60,000 bases of DNA from Squalus acanthias. Its lineage: Eukaryota. The position numbers and the translations under genes were made by a program. Below are positions 1 to 12,647 of this stretch, in pieces (within the stretch, counting starts at the first letter, position 1; the number at the start of each line of letters is the position of its first letter). A model generated the notes under the pieces. It had not been told where the DNA came from and did no database searches. It saw only the letters and a list, made by a program, of their open reading frames with translations. Location of the stretch: contig CM059433.1 in assembly GCA_030390025.1 (NCBI GenBank), forward strand, positions 8,558,001 to 8,618,000. Reading direction: 5' to 3'.

Positions 1-878
1 GCTGCTTAACCGGGAGCCAATGTAGGTCAGCGATCACAGGGGAGATGGGTGAACGGGACTTGGTGCATGTTAGAACATGGGCAGCCGAGTTTTGGATGAC
101 CTCAAGTTTACATAGGGCAGAATGTGGGAGGCCAGCCAGGAGAGCATTGGAATAGTCAAGTCTAGAGACAACAAAGACATGGATGAGAGTTTCAGCAGCG
201 GATGAGATGAGGCAAGGGCGGAGACAGGCGATGTTACGGAGGTGGAAATAGGCGGTCTTAGTTATGCCGCAGATATGTGGTCGGAAGCTCATTTCAGGGT
301 CAAATATGACACCAAGGTTGCGAACAGTGTGGTTCAGCCTCAGACAGATGTTAGGGAGAGGGATGGAGTCAATGGCTAGGGAATGGAGTTTGTGGCGGGG
401 ACTGAAAACAATGGCTTTGGTCTTCCCAATATTTAATTGGGGAACATTTCTGCTCATCCAGAACTGGATGTCGGACAAGCAGTCTGATAATTTAGACACT
501 TTGGAGGGGTCGAGAGAAGTGGTGGTGAGGTAGAGCTGGGTGTCATCAGTGTACATGTGGAAACTGACGCTGTGTTTTCGAATGATGTCGCCAAGGGGCA
601 ACATGTAGATGAGAAATAGGAGGGGGCCGAGGATAGATCCTTGGGGGACACCAGAGGTAACGATGCGGGAGCGGGAAGAGAAGCCGTTGCAGGTGATTCT
701 CTGGCTATGATTAGATAGATAAGAATGGAACCAGGCGAGTGCAGTCCCACCCAGCTGGACGACGGTGGAGAGGCGTTGGAGAAGGATGGAGTGGTCAACC
801 GTGTCAAAGGCTGCAGACAGGTCGAGAAGGACGAGGAGGGATAGTTTACCTTTGTCACAGTCACAAAGGATGTCATTT
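1..878 (-). mobile_element. L2 (LINE2) retrotransposon, RT region (3' part; continues beyond window start)
   Basis: Minus strand reads NDILCDCDKGKLSLLVLLDLSAAFDTVDH..., GVPQGS and YADDTQL-type RT motifs. Its start matches the L2 3' fragment near 28700. Confidence 0.9.
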
Positions 879-3668
879 AAGAACATAAGAAATAGGAGCA
901 GGAGTCAGCCTTTTGGCCCCTCGAGCCTGCTCCGCCATTCAATAAGGACATGGCTAATCTTCTACCTCATCTCCACTTTCCTGCACTATCCCCATATCCC
1001 TTGATTCCCTTTATATCCAAAAATCTATCGATCTCTGTCTTGAATATACTCAACGACTGAGCCTCCACAGCCTTCTGGGGTAGAGAATTCCAAAGATTCA
1101 CCACCCTCTGAGTGAAGAAATTTCTCCTCATCTCAGTCCTAAATGGCCGACCCCTTATTCTGAGACCCTGACCCCTGGTTCTAGACTCCCCAGCCAGGGG
1201 AAACATCCTCTCTGCATCTACCCTGTCAAGCCCTGTAAGAATTTTGTATGGTTCAACGAGATCACCTCTCGTTCTCCTAAACTCTAGAGAATATTGGCCT
1301 AGTCTACTCAATCCCTCATAGGACAATCCCCCATCCCAGAATCAGTCTGGTGAACCTTCGTTGCACTCCCTCTATGGAAAGTATATCCTTCCTTTGGTAA
1401 GGAGACCAAAACTGTACACAATACTCCAGGTGTGGTCTCACCAGGGCCCTATATAATTGCAGTAAGACGTTTTTACTTTTATACTCAAATCCTCTTGTAA
1501 TAAAGGCCAACATACCATTTGCTTTCCTAATTGCTTGCTGTACCTGCATGTTAACTTTCAGTGATTCGTGTACAAGGACACCCAGGTCCCTCTGAACACC
1601 AACATTTCCCAATCTCTCGCCATTTAAAAAATACTCTGCTTTTCTATTTTTCCTACCAAAGTGGATAACTTCACATTTCTCCACATTATATTCCATTTGC
1701 CATGTTCTTGCCCACTCACTTAGCCTGTCTATATCCCCTTGAAGCCTCTTTACATCCTCCTCACAACTTACATTCCCACCCAGCTTTGTATCCTCAGCAA
1801 ACCTGGATATATTACATTTGGTCTACTCATCCAAATCATGGATATATATTGTGAATAGCTGAGGCCCAAGCACTGATCCTTGCGGTACCCCACTAGTCAC
1901 AGCCTGCCAACCCGAAAATGACCCGTTTGTTCCTACTCTCTGTTTTCTGTCCGTTAACCAATCCTCAATCCATACTAGTAGATTACCTCCAATCGCATGA
2001 GCCCTAATTTTGTTTAATAACCTCTTGTGTAGCACCTTATCGAATGCCTTCTGAAAATCCAAATACACCACATCCACTGGTTCCCCCTTATCTATTCTGT
2101 TAGTTATAACCTCAAAAAACTCTAACAGATTTGTCAAACACAATTTCCCTTTCATAAATCCGTGTTGACTCTGTCCAATCCCATTATTATTTTCTAAGTG
2201 CCCTGTTACCACGTCCTTAATAATAGATTCTAGCATTTTCCCTACTACTGATGTCAGGCTAACCGGTCTGTAGTTCCCTGTTTTCTCTCTCCTTCCTTTC
2301 TTAAATAGTGGGGTTACATTTGCTTCCTTCCAATCTGCAGGAACCGTTCTAGAATCTCTGGAATTTTGGAGATGACAACCAATGCATCCACTATCTCTAT
2401 TGCCACCTCTTTCAAAACCTTAGGATGTAGGCCATCAGTCCAGGGGATTTATTGGCTTTCAGTCCCATTAATTTCTCCAGTACTATTTTTTTACTAATAC
2501 TAATTTCTTTCAGTTCCTCATTCTCGCTAGCCCCTTGGTTCTCCACTATTTCCAGGAAGATTTTTGCGTCTTCTTCCGTGAAGACAGACACAAAGGCCGT
2601 GATTTCGTCGACCGAGGCGGGTCTGGGGTGGCTGGGGTTGATGTTGCGGTCCCAGCCCGCTGCCTACTGCAGCCCACACTCTACAAGTGACTTTATGTTG
2701 ATTGGACTTGTTAAGCCCACCCTGCGACGTTCCCGGACAGTTAAAGGGAAGTGCGTCTGATGACCTCATACCAACTAACAACACACTAGGGTAGGCACTT
2801 GGGTGGTTTAGCCAATGATCATGTGAAGTTTCTGGTAATGTGCTGTCAAACATTGAAACCTTTATATTCAGTACTTTGCCTTCTTGGATAGATTTATGTG
2901 TACCTTTGGAAGTGGCTCAGTGAGTTATAGTGAATGGTGAGACATAAGGGTACACCCCCCCCCCCCCACACCCCCCCCACACCCCTGCCACAATGGTGAC
3001 GAGTGTGAAAGGAAAGGCTTGGGCATTGTAGGGATGCTTTATGATGTTGGTGTGGGGTGGTGCCCTCCTCCTTTTCCATTTTGCCTAACTCTTCTAAAAG
3101 TTAAGTATCCTGGAATATTTAATTCCCAAACTTGGCCACATTGCAACCACGTCTCCATCATGGTAATTAGATCAAGCCTATTAATTTCTATCTGCGCTAT
3201 TAATTCATCTATTTTGTTGTGAATGCTTCGCGCATTCAGATATAGTGCCTTTAGCTTTGACTTATTTCTATTTTTCCCTGATGTTAGCTTAGTTCACTAA
3301 TGCCTTATTACCTTTGTTACTCTCCCTCTGTCCCTTCCTGACCCACTTTGCTTATTTTTACCCAAAACTCTATTCTGCTCCAGAGCCTTGACATTTCTCT
3401 CGCTGCTTTGAAGTTTACTCTTTCCTGAATCCTCCCACCTCCCTTCATTAGTTTAGTGCCCTGTCTACTGCCCTAGTTATTCGGTTCGCTCGGACACTGG
3501 TCCCAGCCCTGTTTAAGCGGAGCCCGTCCCAACAGAACAGCTCCCTCTTTCCCCAGTACTGGTGCCAGTGCCAGATGAACTGAAACCCCTTCGTCCCACA
3601 CCACTCTTTGAGCCACACATTTAAACCTCTAATCTGTTTGTCCCTATGCCAATTTGCGCGTGGCTCAG
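879..3668 (-). mobile_element. CR1 LINE (end of ORF1 esterase, start of APE, RT and 3' tail) inserted into L2; internally deleted and interrupted
   Basis: CATAAGAA tail at 879. RT ORFs 967-2236 ([34 protein letters not shown]). APE start ETWL...GKGGG at ~3062-3170. ORF1 SGNH-esterase-like end (...DGLRLNRAG...RALN*) at 3448-3668. Confidence 0.92.
2593..3061. mobile_element. Harbinger-derived remnant within CR1
   Basis: Shares segments with non-coding parts of the Harbinger at 14735-20354 (caactaacaacacac; gtgtgaaagga...cattgtagggatgcttt). Confidence 0.55.
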
Positions 3669-4640
3669 GTGACTTTGATGAGAGCCATTTCGGTACTGTG
3701 GCAGGGGCGGAAACCTGACTGGAGGGATTCAAACATGGAGTTGCGGGAAAGATGGGCACGGATTTGGGAGGCAACAACACGTTCAAGGACTTTGGAGAGG
3801 AAATGGAGGTTGGAGATGGGGCGGTAGTTTGCAAGGACAGAGGGGTCAAGGGTTGTTTTTTTGAGGAGAGGGGTGATGACGACAGATTTGAAGGAGAGGG
3901 GGACAGTACCTGAGGAGAGCGAACTGTTAACAATGTCAGCTAACATGGGAGCCAGAAAAGGAAGTTGGGTGGTCAGCAGTTCGGTGTGAATAGGGTTGAG
4001 AGAGCAGGAGGTGGGTCTCCTGGACAAGATGAGCGCGGAGAGGTCATGAGGGGAGATCGGAGAGAAACTGGAGAAGGATGTGAGTTCAGTGCTAGGGCAG
4101 GGGGACCCTTAGAGGAAGTTTGCCCCGGTCAGCTAGGGGAAGGAAGGGAAGTGGCAGAGGCAGCTGATCGGATGGTCTCAATCTTAGAGACAAAGAAGTC
4201 CATGAGCTCCTCACACTTGTTGTCAGAGGTGAGGGTGGAGGAGATGGAGAGAGGGGTTTAAGAAGACGGTTAGCAGTGGAGAATAGGAGCCAGGGTTTAT
4301 CTTTGCATTCCAGAATGATTCTGGAATAGTGAGCAATTTTGGCAGATGGGAGCTGGGCCCGATAGTGCTTTATGTAGTCCAGCCAGATCTGGCGGTGAAT
4401 GGCTAAACCAGTTGTCAGCCATATCCGTTCAAGTCTGCGTCCCTTAGACTTAAGGGAGCGAAGATGAGAGCCGTACCAGGGGGAACGGACAGGGTGAGAG
4501 AGAGTAATTGTTTTAATAGGGACTAGGGCATCAAAGGTGGTGGTGAGGATGTGGTTGAGCAGATCGGTAGCTACAGAAATGTTGTGGTGAGTGGAGGGCC
4601 AAAGGCCGGACAGTTGGGATCTCCGAAGTGCAGTTGTAAG
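3669..4640 (-). mobile_element. L2 LINE, upstream part of ORF2 (continuation of 1-878)
   Basis: ORF 3665-4027 reads ...NYRPISNLHFLSKVLERVV...QSGFRPCHSTEMALIKVT and joins flush with NDIL at 878. Confidence 0.9.
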
Positions 4641-4889
4641 ACGATGCCCTTCCCCCACCCTCGGACCTCTACCGCTGACTCAGCCAAAGCTCATGAAGTC
4701 TTAGAATTACATAAAATCTGCAGCACAGAAACGGGCCATTTGGCCCAACTGGTCTATGCCGGCATTTATGCTCCACATGAGTCTCCCCCCACCCCTCTTC
4801 ATTTAGCGTCATCAACATATCGTTCTATTCCTTTCTCCCCCTTAAGTGCATCAGGGGAGGTTGCTTAACTTTTTTTAAATTCGTTTTTA

Positions 4890-5226
4890 TGGGATGTGGG
4901 CGTCGCTGGCAAGGCCCAGCATTTATTGCCCATCCCTAGTTGCCCTTAAGAAGGTGGCGGTGAGCCGCCTTCTTGAACCGCTGCAGTCTGTGTGGTGAAG
5001 GTGCTCCCACAGTGCTGTTAGGGAGGGAGTTCCAGGATTTTGACCCAGCGACGATGAAGGAACGGCCGATATACTTCCAAGTCAGGATGATGTGTGACTC
5101 GGAGGTGAACTTGGAGGTGGTGGTGTTCCCATGCGCCTGCTGCCCTTGTCCTTCTAGGTGGAAGAGGTCGCGGGTTTGGGAGGTGCTGCCGAAGAAGCCT
5201 TGGCGAGTTGCTGCAGTGCATCTTGC
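4890..5226 (-). mobile_element. 3' end of the second CR1-group (CR1-Zenon-like) LINE family
   Basis: Near-identical to 27000-27335 and the reverse complement of 45500-45835 (MHCSNSPRLLRQHLPNP...). Confidence 0.8.
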
Positions 5227-5933
5227 TTACATGCCAATGGTGGGGATCCAGACCAATAGGAACATATCTGAGACATCTGACTGAAGAGGCCGGAAGTTAT
5301 AACAAAAGAATGCAAGGCCAGGGTGGGTTGGGAGATCAGTCAACTGCCCCCAGAAGCTTCCTTTGTGAGGTGGCTACACGCAAGACTAAAAAGAAACTTA
5401 CTCCTTTCTTTTCGAAGGTTCAGGTCATAATCCCAGGTGCAGCCAACTACCGCCATTTGGTGTAGGCATATTTACCACTGATCCTACACCATGTCCCTCT
5501 GAGGCATCACCAGCCCACCACCGCCTACATCAATGGCCTTGTGTGAGGCTGATAGAGGCTCCCACACCGCCCCCCCCCCTCTCTACCCACAAGGCCTGCA
5601 GAAACATTGATGATGGGCTGGAACCCATTGGCCACGATAGTAGCTGGGAAGCAGGGTCGGAAGCGGGGAGCGCGGTCGCGTGGGAAAAACCCGGCATGGC
5701 CGGGGACGTGGATGATCTTCCGCAGACTCCCGCCCAACAGGCGGCCAAATTGACAGCCTGGCTGGCGGGCGGGAATACGAATGAGCGACTGGAGGCCACA
5801 GCCGGAGACATGTGGGGAGGCAGCAAGTCACCCGTGCCAGTCTTATGTATCTCCGAGCATTTAACTTGCAGACCAACCTTGCTCGGGTCCAGGAACCAGT
5901 CGCCTACTCATCCTTTTTCTTACATTCCTCATT

Positions 5934-6044
5934 CCCACATTACAACAGTGACTACACTTCAAAAAGTACTTCATTGGCTGTAAAGTGCTTTGAGACGTCC
6001 GGTGGTCGTGAAAGGCGCTGTAGAAATGCAAGTCTTTCTTTCTT
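5934..6044 (+). mobile_element. DeuSINE 3' tail fragment
   Basis: Matches 25430-25544. Confidence 0.8.
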
Positions 6045-6959
6045 TTAAACATGGAACAGTACAGGGCATGGAGGGTGGAAACCTATATAAGCAATATAAT
6101 TAATTGTAAATATTGGGAAATAAATCTAATAACTTGCAGTTTATTATGTGGATATTGTGTGTATGTGTTCTAAACTTTGTTCGAATGAGGTAATGCTATT
6201 TATAAATAACAGAACAGCTGTGTTAGGCTACAGCACCTATGCCACCTTCATCTCCTTTCTCCACAAAGCACGAAGGTAGAAATAAGAAAAGTAAACCAGA
6301 GTGTCACCCCTCAGGGGTTCTGGGGTTTGTGGTTCGTATGGATGTCGACTGCTCATTCTGTAAGTGGAAGTGCGATCAAACAAAGATCAAGGTTTCCCAG
6401 AACCCTTTCCTGCCCCGGCGCATGTGCACTTGTCCTTGCTGGTTTTATCATTTATGTTTTATCACAAGTTTCAAAGAACATTGGCTCTGATCACTTCTGG
6501 TTCCATGGTGCTTCCCTATCATAGTTCATGCAAATTTCCCCCCAAAGAATAGTCTGAAGCATAAGTATTCAAATTGAGGTCTGCAAGGTCATCAGAACGC
6601 CGTACGTGTTGAGTCACTAGCACACTATTGGTGCTGCTGTATACTAATGTTTTCTGTATTATTAGTATGCTTTTCTTTTTAGCTGACACTGGAAGTTTGG
6701 ACAGGGGACTCCAGGAGAGCACCGATATTTTCAGGGTAGCCCCCAGAAGGAAAAGTTTGAAAATCGCTGATCTGAAGGGTAGATGAGTAGGACCGGGTAT
6801 TATATAGATGATTGAATACTGGAACATGACAGGCCCTGAACTGCTGAGTCAATGGAAATACCTTCAAGCTACGGAAGGAAACAGGTCAAAGATATTGATG
6901 CTGATTGTGAGGTTGGACGGTAATACTCTGTACTTTTCTCTCAGTTGCTGCCTCCACCA

Positions 6960-8150
6960 TCTCTGCTCTTCAGTCTATGCACCAGAGCTCCTGAAATGGC
7001 TTCCTGTTCTCTCAGCTGAGGTTTTCCCCTGACTGTGGTCGGCGGGGGCCTTGACCACAGACATCCCATTATCTGTGCCTCTGCTCTCACCCCCTCCCCC
7101 ACTTCTCACCACAATGGCAGGAATCCTCTCGTGCTCATCTTCAGTTCCACTAGCCTCTGCATCTCTCATAGCTTCCCCTCCAATATCTATCATTTGGAGT
7201 GTAATCCCGCCACCTCCAGCGTGATCCCACCACCAAACACATCTTCCCCTCCCCTCCCCTTTCAGCATTCTGAAGGGACCGCTCCCTCCGCGACACCCTG
7301 GTCCACTCCTCTATTACCGCCAACACCCCTTCCCCTTCCCACGGCACCTTCCCGTGCAAGCGCAGGAGATGCAACACCTGCCCTTTTACCTTCTCGCTTC
7401 CCACTGTCCAGGGCCCCAAACACTCCTTCCAGGTGAAACAGCAATGTACTTGTACTTCTTGCAATTTAGTATACTGTATTCGCTGCTCACGATGCGGTCT
7501 CCTCTACATTGGGGAGACCAAATGCAGATTGGGTGACCGCTTTGCGGAACACCTCCGTTCAGTCTGTAAGCATGAACCCGAGCTTCCGGTCGCCTGTCAC
7601 TTTAATTCTCCGCTCCACTTCCACTCTGACCTCACCGTCCTCGGCCTCTTACACTGTTCCAACAAAGCTCAACGTAAGCTCGAGGAACAGCACCTCATCT
7701 TTCGATTAGGCACTTTACAGCCTTCTGGACTCAACATCGAGTTCAACAATTTCAGACTATACCCTCTGCCCCTATATTTCTTTCCTTTTTTTTTCTTTTT
7801 TCTCTTTTTTTCTCTCTCTCACATGGCAGCTGTTGATGATTCTGCCATCGCCATTTACACTTCATCGCGAGTCATCTTTTGTTCCTTATCTTATCCCATT
7901 ACCATCTCCTTTTGCCTTGCACCATCATCCCTTTTGTCTTTTAATCTCTCCTGCCTTCCAGCCTATCGCAGACCTTCCCTTTGTTCTTTCCTCCCCTCCC
8001 CCTTTCCCTGCCCCACACGTGCTTAGAATTCTGTTACTTCTCCAACTTTTTCCAGTTCTGACGAAGGGTCATCGACCTGAAACGTAAACTCTGTTTCTCT
8101 CTCCACGATGCTGCCTGACCTGCTGAGTATTTCCAGCATTTTCTGCTGTT
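6960..8150 (+). mobile_element. Penelope-like element (Neptune-type), 5'-truncated: Zn-finger linker, GIY-YIG endonuclease and pLTR
   Basis: In-frame GTFPCKRRRCNTC, then NLVYCIRCSRCGLLYIGETKCRLGDRFAEHLRSV...VACHFNS...LEEQHLIFRLGTLQPSGLN, followed by a pyrimidine-rich UTR and a pLTR with a hammerhead core. Confidence 0.92.
8054..8090 (+). ncRNA. Minimal type I hammerhead ribozyme motif in the Penelope pLTR
   Basis: AGTT-CTGACGA-AGGGTC-ATC-GACCT-GAAA-CG-TA-AACT: stem I AGTT/AACT, core CUGACGA, stem II, GAAA, rudimentary stem III. Confidence 0.75.
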
Positions 8151-9450
8151 AATTCTCCATCCATGTTATTTGGCATTCACGAGTGACTTATATGGGATCT
8201 GGTGTCAATAGAAATTGAATGCTCATCATGTGCACAATGGGATGTGTCTGCAATCTATATATCACATGTCTAACTCATGTCTTTACTCTCCCACATGACC
8301 ATCAAGAGCCCCCCTCCCTACTGTCCAGGAGGAAGATGCAGGAGGACTCCTCAGAAGATGCTGCATCCTCTGAGGGAGCAGCGCCAGCAGAAATGAGCTC
8401 ACCCAGCACCAGCGCAGAGACACACACCTCGGTGGGTCCCATGTGAGATAGAGTAGTGTTGTCACCTGGTGTATCACAACTCACGAGTGAGCAAGATCAG
8501 ATGGTGGAGACAGGGACAGCAGTGGAGAGTCCTTGTCGGAGGCCACAGGACACTCCTAGCTCTGCTCAGCTGCATGTAGACGCTGAGCCTCGGGGGCCAT
8601 CCAGAAAGAGTGCGGTGCTGGAGCTTCAGGAACAAGTTCAGCAGGCTCTGACTGGGTTTGCAACCACGGTGACTGCGAGTGTGCAGAGAATGGAGGAGTC
8701 CATCTCAAATATGAGCAATGCCCTGGTGCACGCACTGGCAACTGTAGGTTCCGCCATGGAAAGGATGGCCACCTGCATGGAGCACATACATCGCCAGACT
8801 CAGGAGAACATGGTAACACTTCTAAATAGATGGTCAGCTATGGAGGATAGATGGGCATCTATCGTGGAGAGGAACCAGAGGTTCATGGATGTCCCCATTA
8901 TGAAGGATGTTAATACAGAGACGGGCCCCCATGGTCCCACTGATGTGCAGCAAAGTGCTCTCCATCTCCTTGCTAGCAGAGAAGTGCAGGGTGGCCCATG
9001 AGAGGGATGATGGTGGGAGGGGACATGGAAGTGGGGGCTCCTCTCCAAGCGCTCAAACTGCCATCCCATTGCCAACCCCTCGGTCAGAGCCCCAGATGCC
9101 TCCCCCAACAGTGATGGCTGAGTCTGCCCCTGCACAGCCGCAGGAGGAGCAGACTTTGGCGGGGCCCGCACAAGCTCCAAAACCCAGAGGACGACCGCCA
9201 AAGGCATCTAAGCAGGCGCAGCAGGGAAGTGAGCAGGCTGCCTCTACATCTGCTGAAGCCACAGGGGTAGCACCACGTAGAAGCATGCGTAAGAGAAAGC
9301 TGCCACATAAATAGTCACAAGGGTACCCACTTGGGTGTTCTGCTGGAAATCAATGTTAAGTTTATGATCTTTGGTACTGCTGCAATAAATTAATGTTCTG
9401 TGAATGCCTGACATCGTTGCCATGTGTGCGCTCACAACTTGAGGTGACAC
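8150..9450 (+). pseudogene. Harbinger Myb/SANT accessory gene, last-exon remnant
   Basis: ORFs 8456-9001 and 8907-9314 parallel 15900-16870 (coiled-coil, then P/S/A-rich tail ending in basic PRRSMRKRK). Frameshifted. Confidence 0.75.
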
Positions 9451-9541
9451 AGTGAAGGGTGAGGGCGCCTTTTATGTCCAGCAATGGAGGTGACAGTGGA
9501 TATAGAGTTAACTCCACACACTTACAGCCTCAAGACAGAAT

Positions 9542-10217
9542 GGGCTCGATTTTGCCAGGCCCGAGGAGGCGGGAATGGAGGCGTGTGGGGTGTTAAAATT
9601 GCAAAAAATGGTGGGCGGGCCCGACCCCGCCTCCATCCCGCCTCCGAGCAATTTTCCCAAATGCGTGGTTTCTGATCCCATCTCCGTCCCGCCTCCAAAA
9701 GGCAGGATAGGCCCTTAACAACCAGTTAATTGCCTCTATAATCCCATTTTGAGAGGCCTTTCTGATTTTAAGATTTTTCCGACGTGATGCACGCCTCCTC
9801 TGAAACACGACGGTGAAACCTGGCGGTAGCACACTTGGATTGCTGACTATCAGCTGCAGGTCCACCATTAAGAAGGAGATTTGATCAATCATCATTCTGG
9901 GGGAACTATTAGCAGCCATAGTCCATTGTTCTGGAACTTTGGAGGTGGCGGCGGCAGCGGCCTCCAGGTCCCTCTCACAGCAAAGGCCAAAAGCTTCCCA
10001 GTCTTTGCAGACCTTAAATGCAGCAGCAATGATGACATCATCAGAGGCGACTTTCAGACTGAAAACACTAATTGGGTCATGGGTTCCCACATGCTCGAAC
10101 TCAATTGCCCAATTAGGGGAAAATCGAATAATTCTCCCACATCCAATTGCAGTCGGGTGGCTAACACGAAAAGCGGATGACACGCCCCCAGCCCGCCCCA
10201 ATGACAAAATCGAGCCC
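9542..10217. mobile_element. Harbinger/Tourist-type MITE (676 bp)
   Basis: TIRs GGGCTCGATTTTG(C/T)CA match at 15/16 positions. 3-bp TSD AAT at 9539-9541 and 10218-10220. Confidence 0.85.
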
Positions 10218-10220
10218 AAT

Positions 10221-10630
10221 GTGTCTCCCAAATCCTGAAATCAGCAACCTCTGACATTTGAAATTGAGCAGCTGTGAGAGTGTAGCTTTTAGACTGCAGT
10301 TGCAGCTGTGAAGTTTGCAGCTCGTTGGTCCCCCCGACACACTCACCTGCCGTGATCTCCGAACGTCGTGAAATCCATTGAAAATGTGGGAAAATAGGAA
10401 AAGGCTGTCAAAATAGCAATTAACAAGCACTTAACAAGGAGTTAAAAGTGTCTTAAATCACTCACCCGCCACTTGGTGTCGGGGTCTGTTGTGAAATCGC
10501 AGACCCGACACTTTGGAAACTCACACGGAGGCGGGATCGTGGCGGGTTTCCAACCCGCCGTCGATCATTTTGAATTTAACACCTGACCCGCCTCCGAACC
10601 CACCCCTTGAGCGCCGGCAAAATCGCGGCC
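10221..10630. mobile_element. Right end of a Harbinger-type element
   Basis: GC-rich subterminal region ending GGCAAAATCGCGGCC, similar to other Harbinger termini in the window. Confidence 0.55.
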
Positions 10631-11114
10631 ATATGGCTGACCAATTCAGCTGCTCCAGTTAGACATTACTGTAGCAATGCCATCAAACAAACCCTTAATG
10701 CACTTGTACCAAATTCCTCTGTCTGCTACTGTAATGACGGTGTTACACATTTATATATTTAGGCATGTATGTTTTTACATGGAGTCCTTAGAGCTCTGTG
10801 ATGTCAGAGGCACCTGATGCATTTCGTAACAGTGTTGTGGATGATTTTGATCCAATAGATTGTCTTCCCTTCCCCCCCATTCAACATCGTGAATGCTCAG
10901 GAGCTCAGCAAAGAAATTTCGGTCTGCGCAAAACGTACACGCCTACCTATTTCTTTAAAGTTAGAGAGCAGCCATGAACATGCTGCATGAGAGCCAAGGA
11001 CTCAAGCATGGCACCAAGAGAACCCTTGGAGCTCTCTGAGACTCAGTGAGGAAACACGGGACTTGACAGGCTTGAAGATAGTGCCGTTTGCTTGTTTCAG
11101 CCAAAGGACAGCAC

Positions 11115-11274
11115 TTGAACGATGAGGGAGTCAAGGGTTGTGGGGAGCGGGCAGGGAAGTGGAGCTGAGGCCAAGATCAGATCAGCCATGATCTTATTGA
11201 ATGGCGGAGCAGGCTCGAGGGGCCAAATGACCTACTCCTGCTCCTACATCTTGTGTTCTATGTTCTTATGTTCT
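11115..11274 (+). mobile_element. CR1 3' tail
   Basis: gatcagccatgatcttattgaatggcggagcaggctcgagg...tatgttcttatgttct. Confidence 0.85.
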
Positions 11275-12647
11275 AACAATGCCGCACTCCCTAGCAACTG
11301 CGCTGGAGTGGCAGGCTAGATTATGTGCTTGAATGCCTTACCTTCTAACTCAGAGTGTCCTCATGTAAATTGTTTAGACCAAAAGAAGTCTTTGTATGCA
11401 GTGCACGCTTCCTGTAAGTGTCATGCTTACTTCCGGTCACACTTTGTTGATAACATCCCTATTGTTCTAAAACAGCCCGTCCTCCAACTCACTGTGTGCA
11501 ACGCTGGAGCGATATGAAAATCACCTGAACCCAGAAATACAGACAGGTCCAGGGCACTCTGGGTACGCTACGCCTGACTAGCGCCAGGTGCAGGAGAGAC
11601 AGGGAGACTGGCCCTTGCATCCTCTAGACATTTCTAAATTGCCACTTCATAACTAGCCTAATAGAGCAGGTGAAAAATGCATCACATTGTTGAAAATGAT
11701 GAAATAAAATTCAAGTTCAGGTTGAGGACCATTAGATTGCCCAGTGATATTGATGATGTTCTTTATATACACTCTCTGAAAAATCCAGCCATCTGCTTCG
11801 GAGGATGTTGTGTTGCAATTCCTCAGGGCCCTGGTACTCCAGCGCAGTCCTCTGGAGCAGATCAGTGAATTTCCACTATTTACTAAGGGCACACACTCTC
11901 AGGGGGAGTCTCCATAAAGTAACCCTCTAATACTAAAATGTAGCATCTTCTGCAAAAAAAATGCTGCTTTCAAGACTGGGGCAGTTAAAAGCAGCTTTAA
12001 TGAGTTTAACGTTGAACGTGTAGCCTGGCTGAGTTTTCTATTAGTTAGTGAATAATGGGGGTGTTAAACTGACTCATTTAGATAAACAATTAGAAGATTA
12101 GCATTTGCAAAGGTGAGAATGGGAATTATTAATCTCCCGCTGAAGTGTACGTTGTGTGTACAGGCTCTTAGCGGAAAGAATTGTCGCATGCAGGCTTTCA
12201 TACATAGGGGAGCAGGGGATATTCTGCCTAGCCGTAGACAACTGGATTTAGTAAATGGGTCATATACTTCAGGTGACATGAGGAAAGTAAGCAAAACCTT
12301 ATGCATAAAACCATTTCACATGTTACTCTGTTATTACGTTTTTGGTCCAATAGATCTTTAGTGAAATAAATGGATGCGGAATGCTGTTCCTAATAGAGCT
12401 GAAATCTACGTTTAGAACAAATGGTTTCTCAGGTTTGCTAATGTCTCAGGTCTTGATAAATATACTGTGGTGATGTAGGCCAGATGCGTTCACTGACTGT
12501 ACCACAAATCAGGCTGATTTTGTCTTTGAAATGCTGCAAATTCCCTTTCATTGTGCTGTTACTAGTACGTGAGATGTGGCAAAAAAATGAGGTCGGCTGG
12601 TGAATCAGAGGCAGTGACTGCTGGGTGATTTAAAAAAAATGTGAAAT

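Noticed and set aside
3448..3933. 161-aa ORF suggesting a fusion protein
   Set aside because: Chance read-through from an off-frame L2 segment into the CR1 ORF1 end at the insertion junction.
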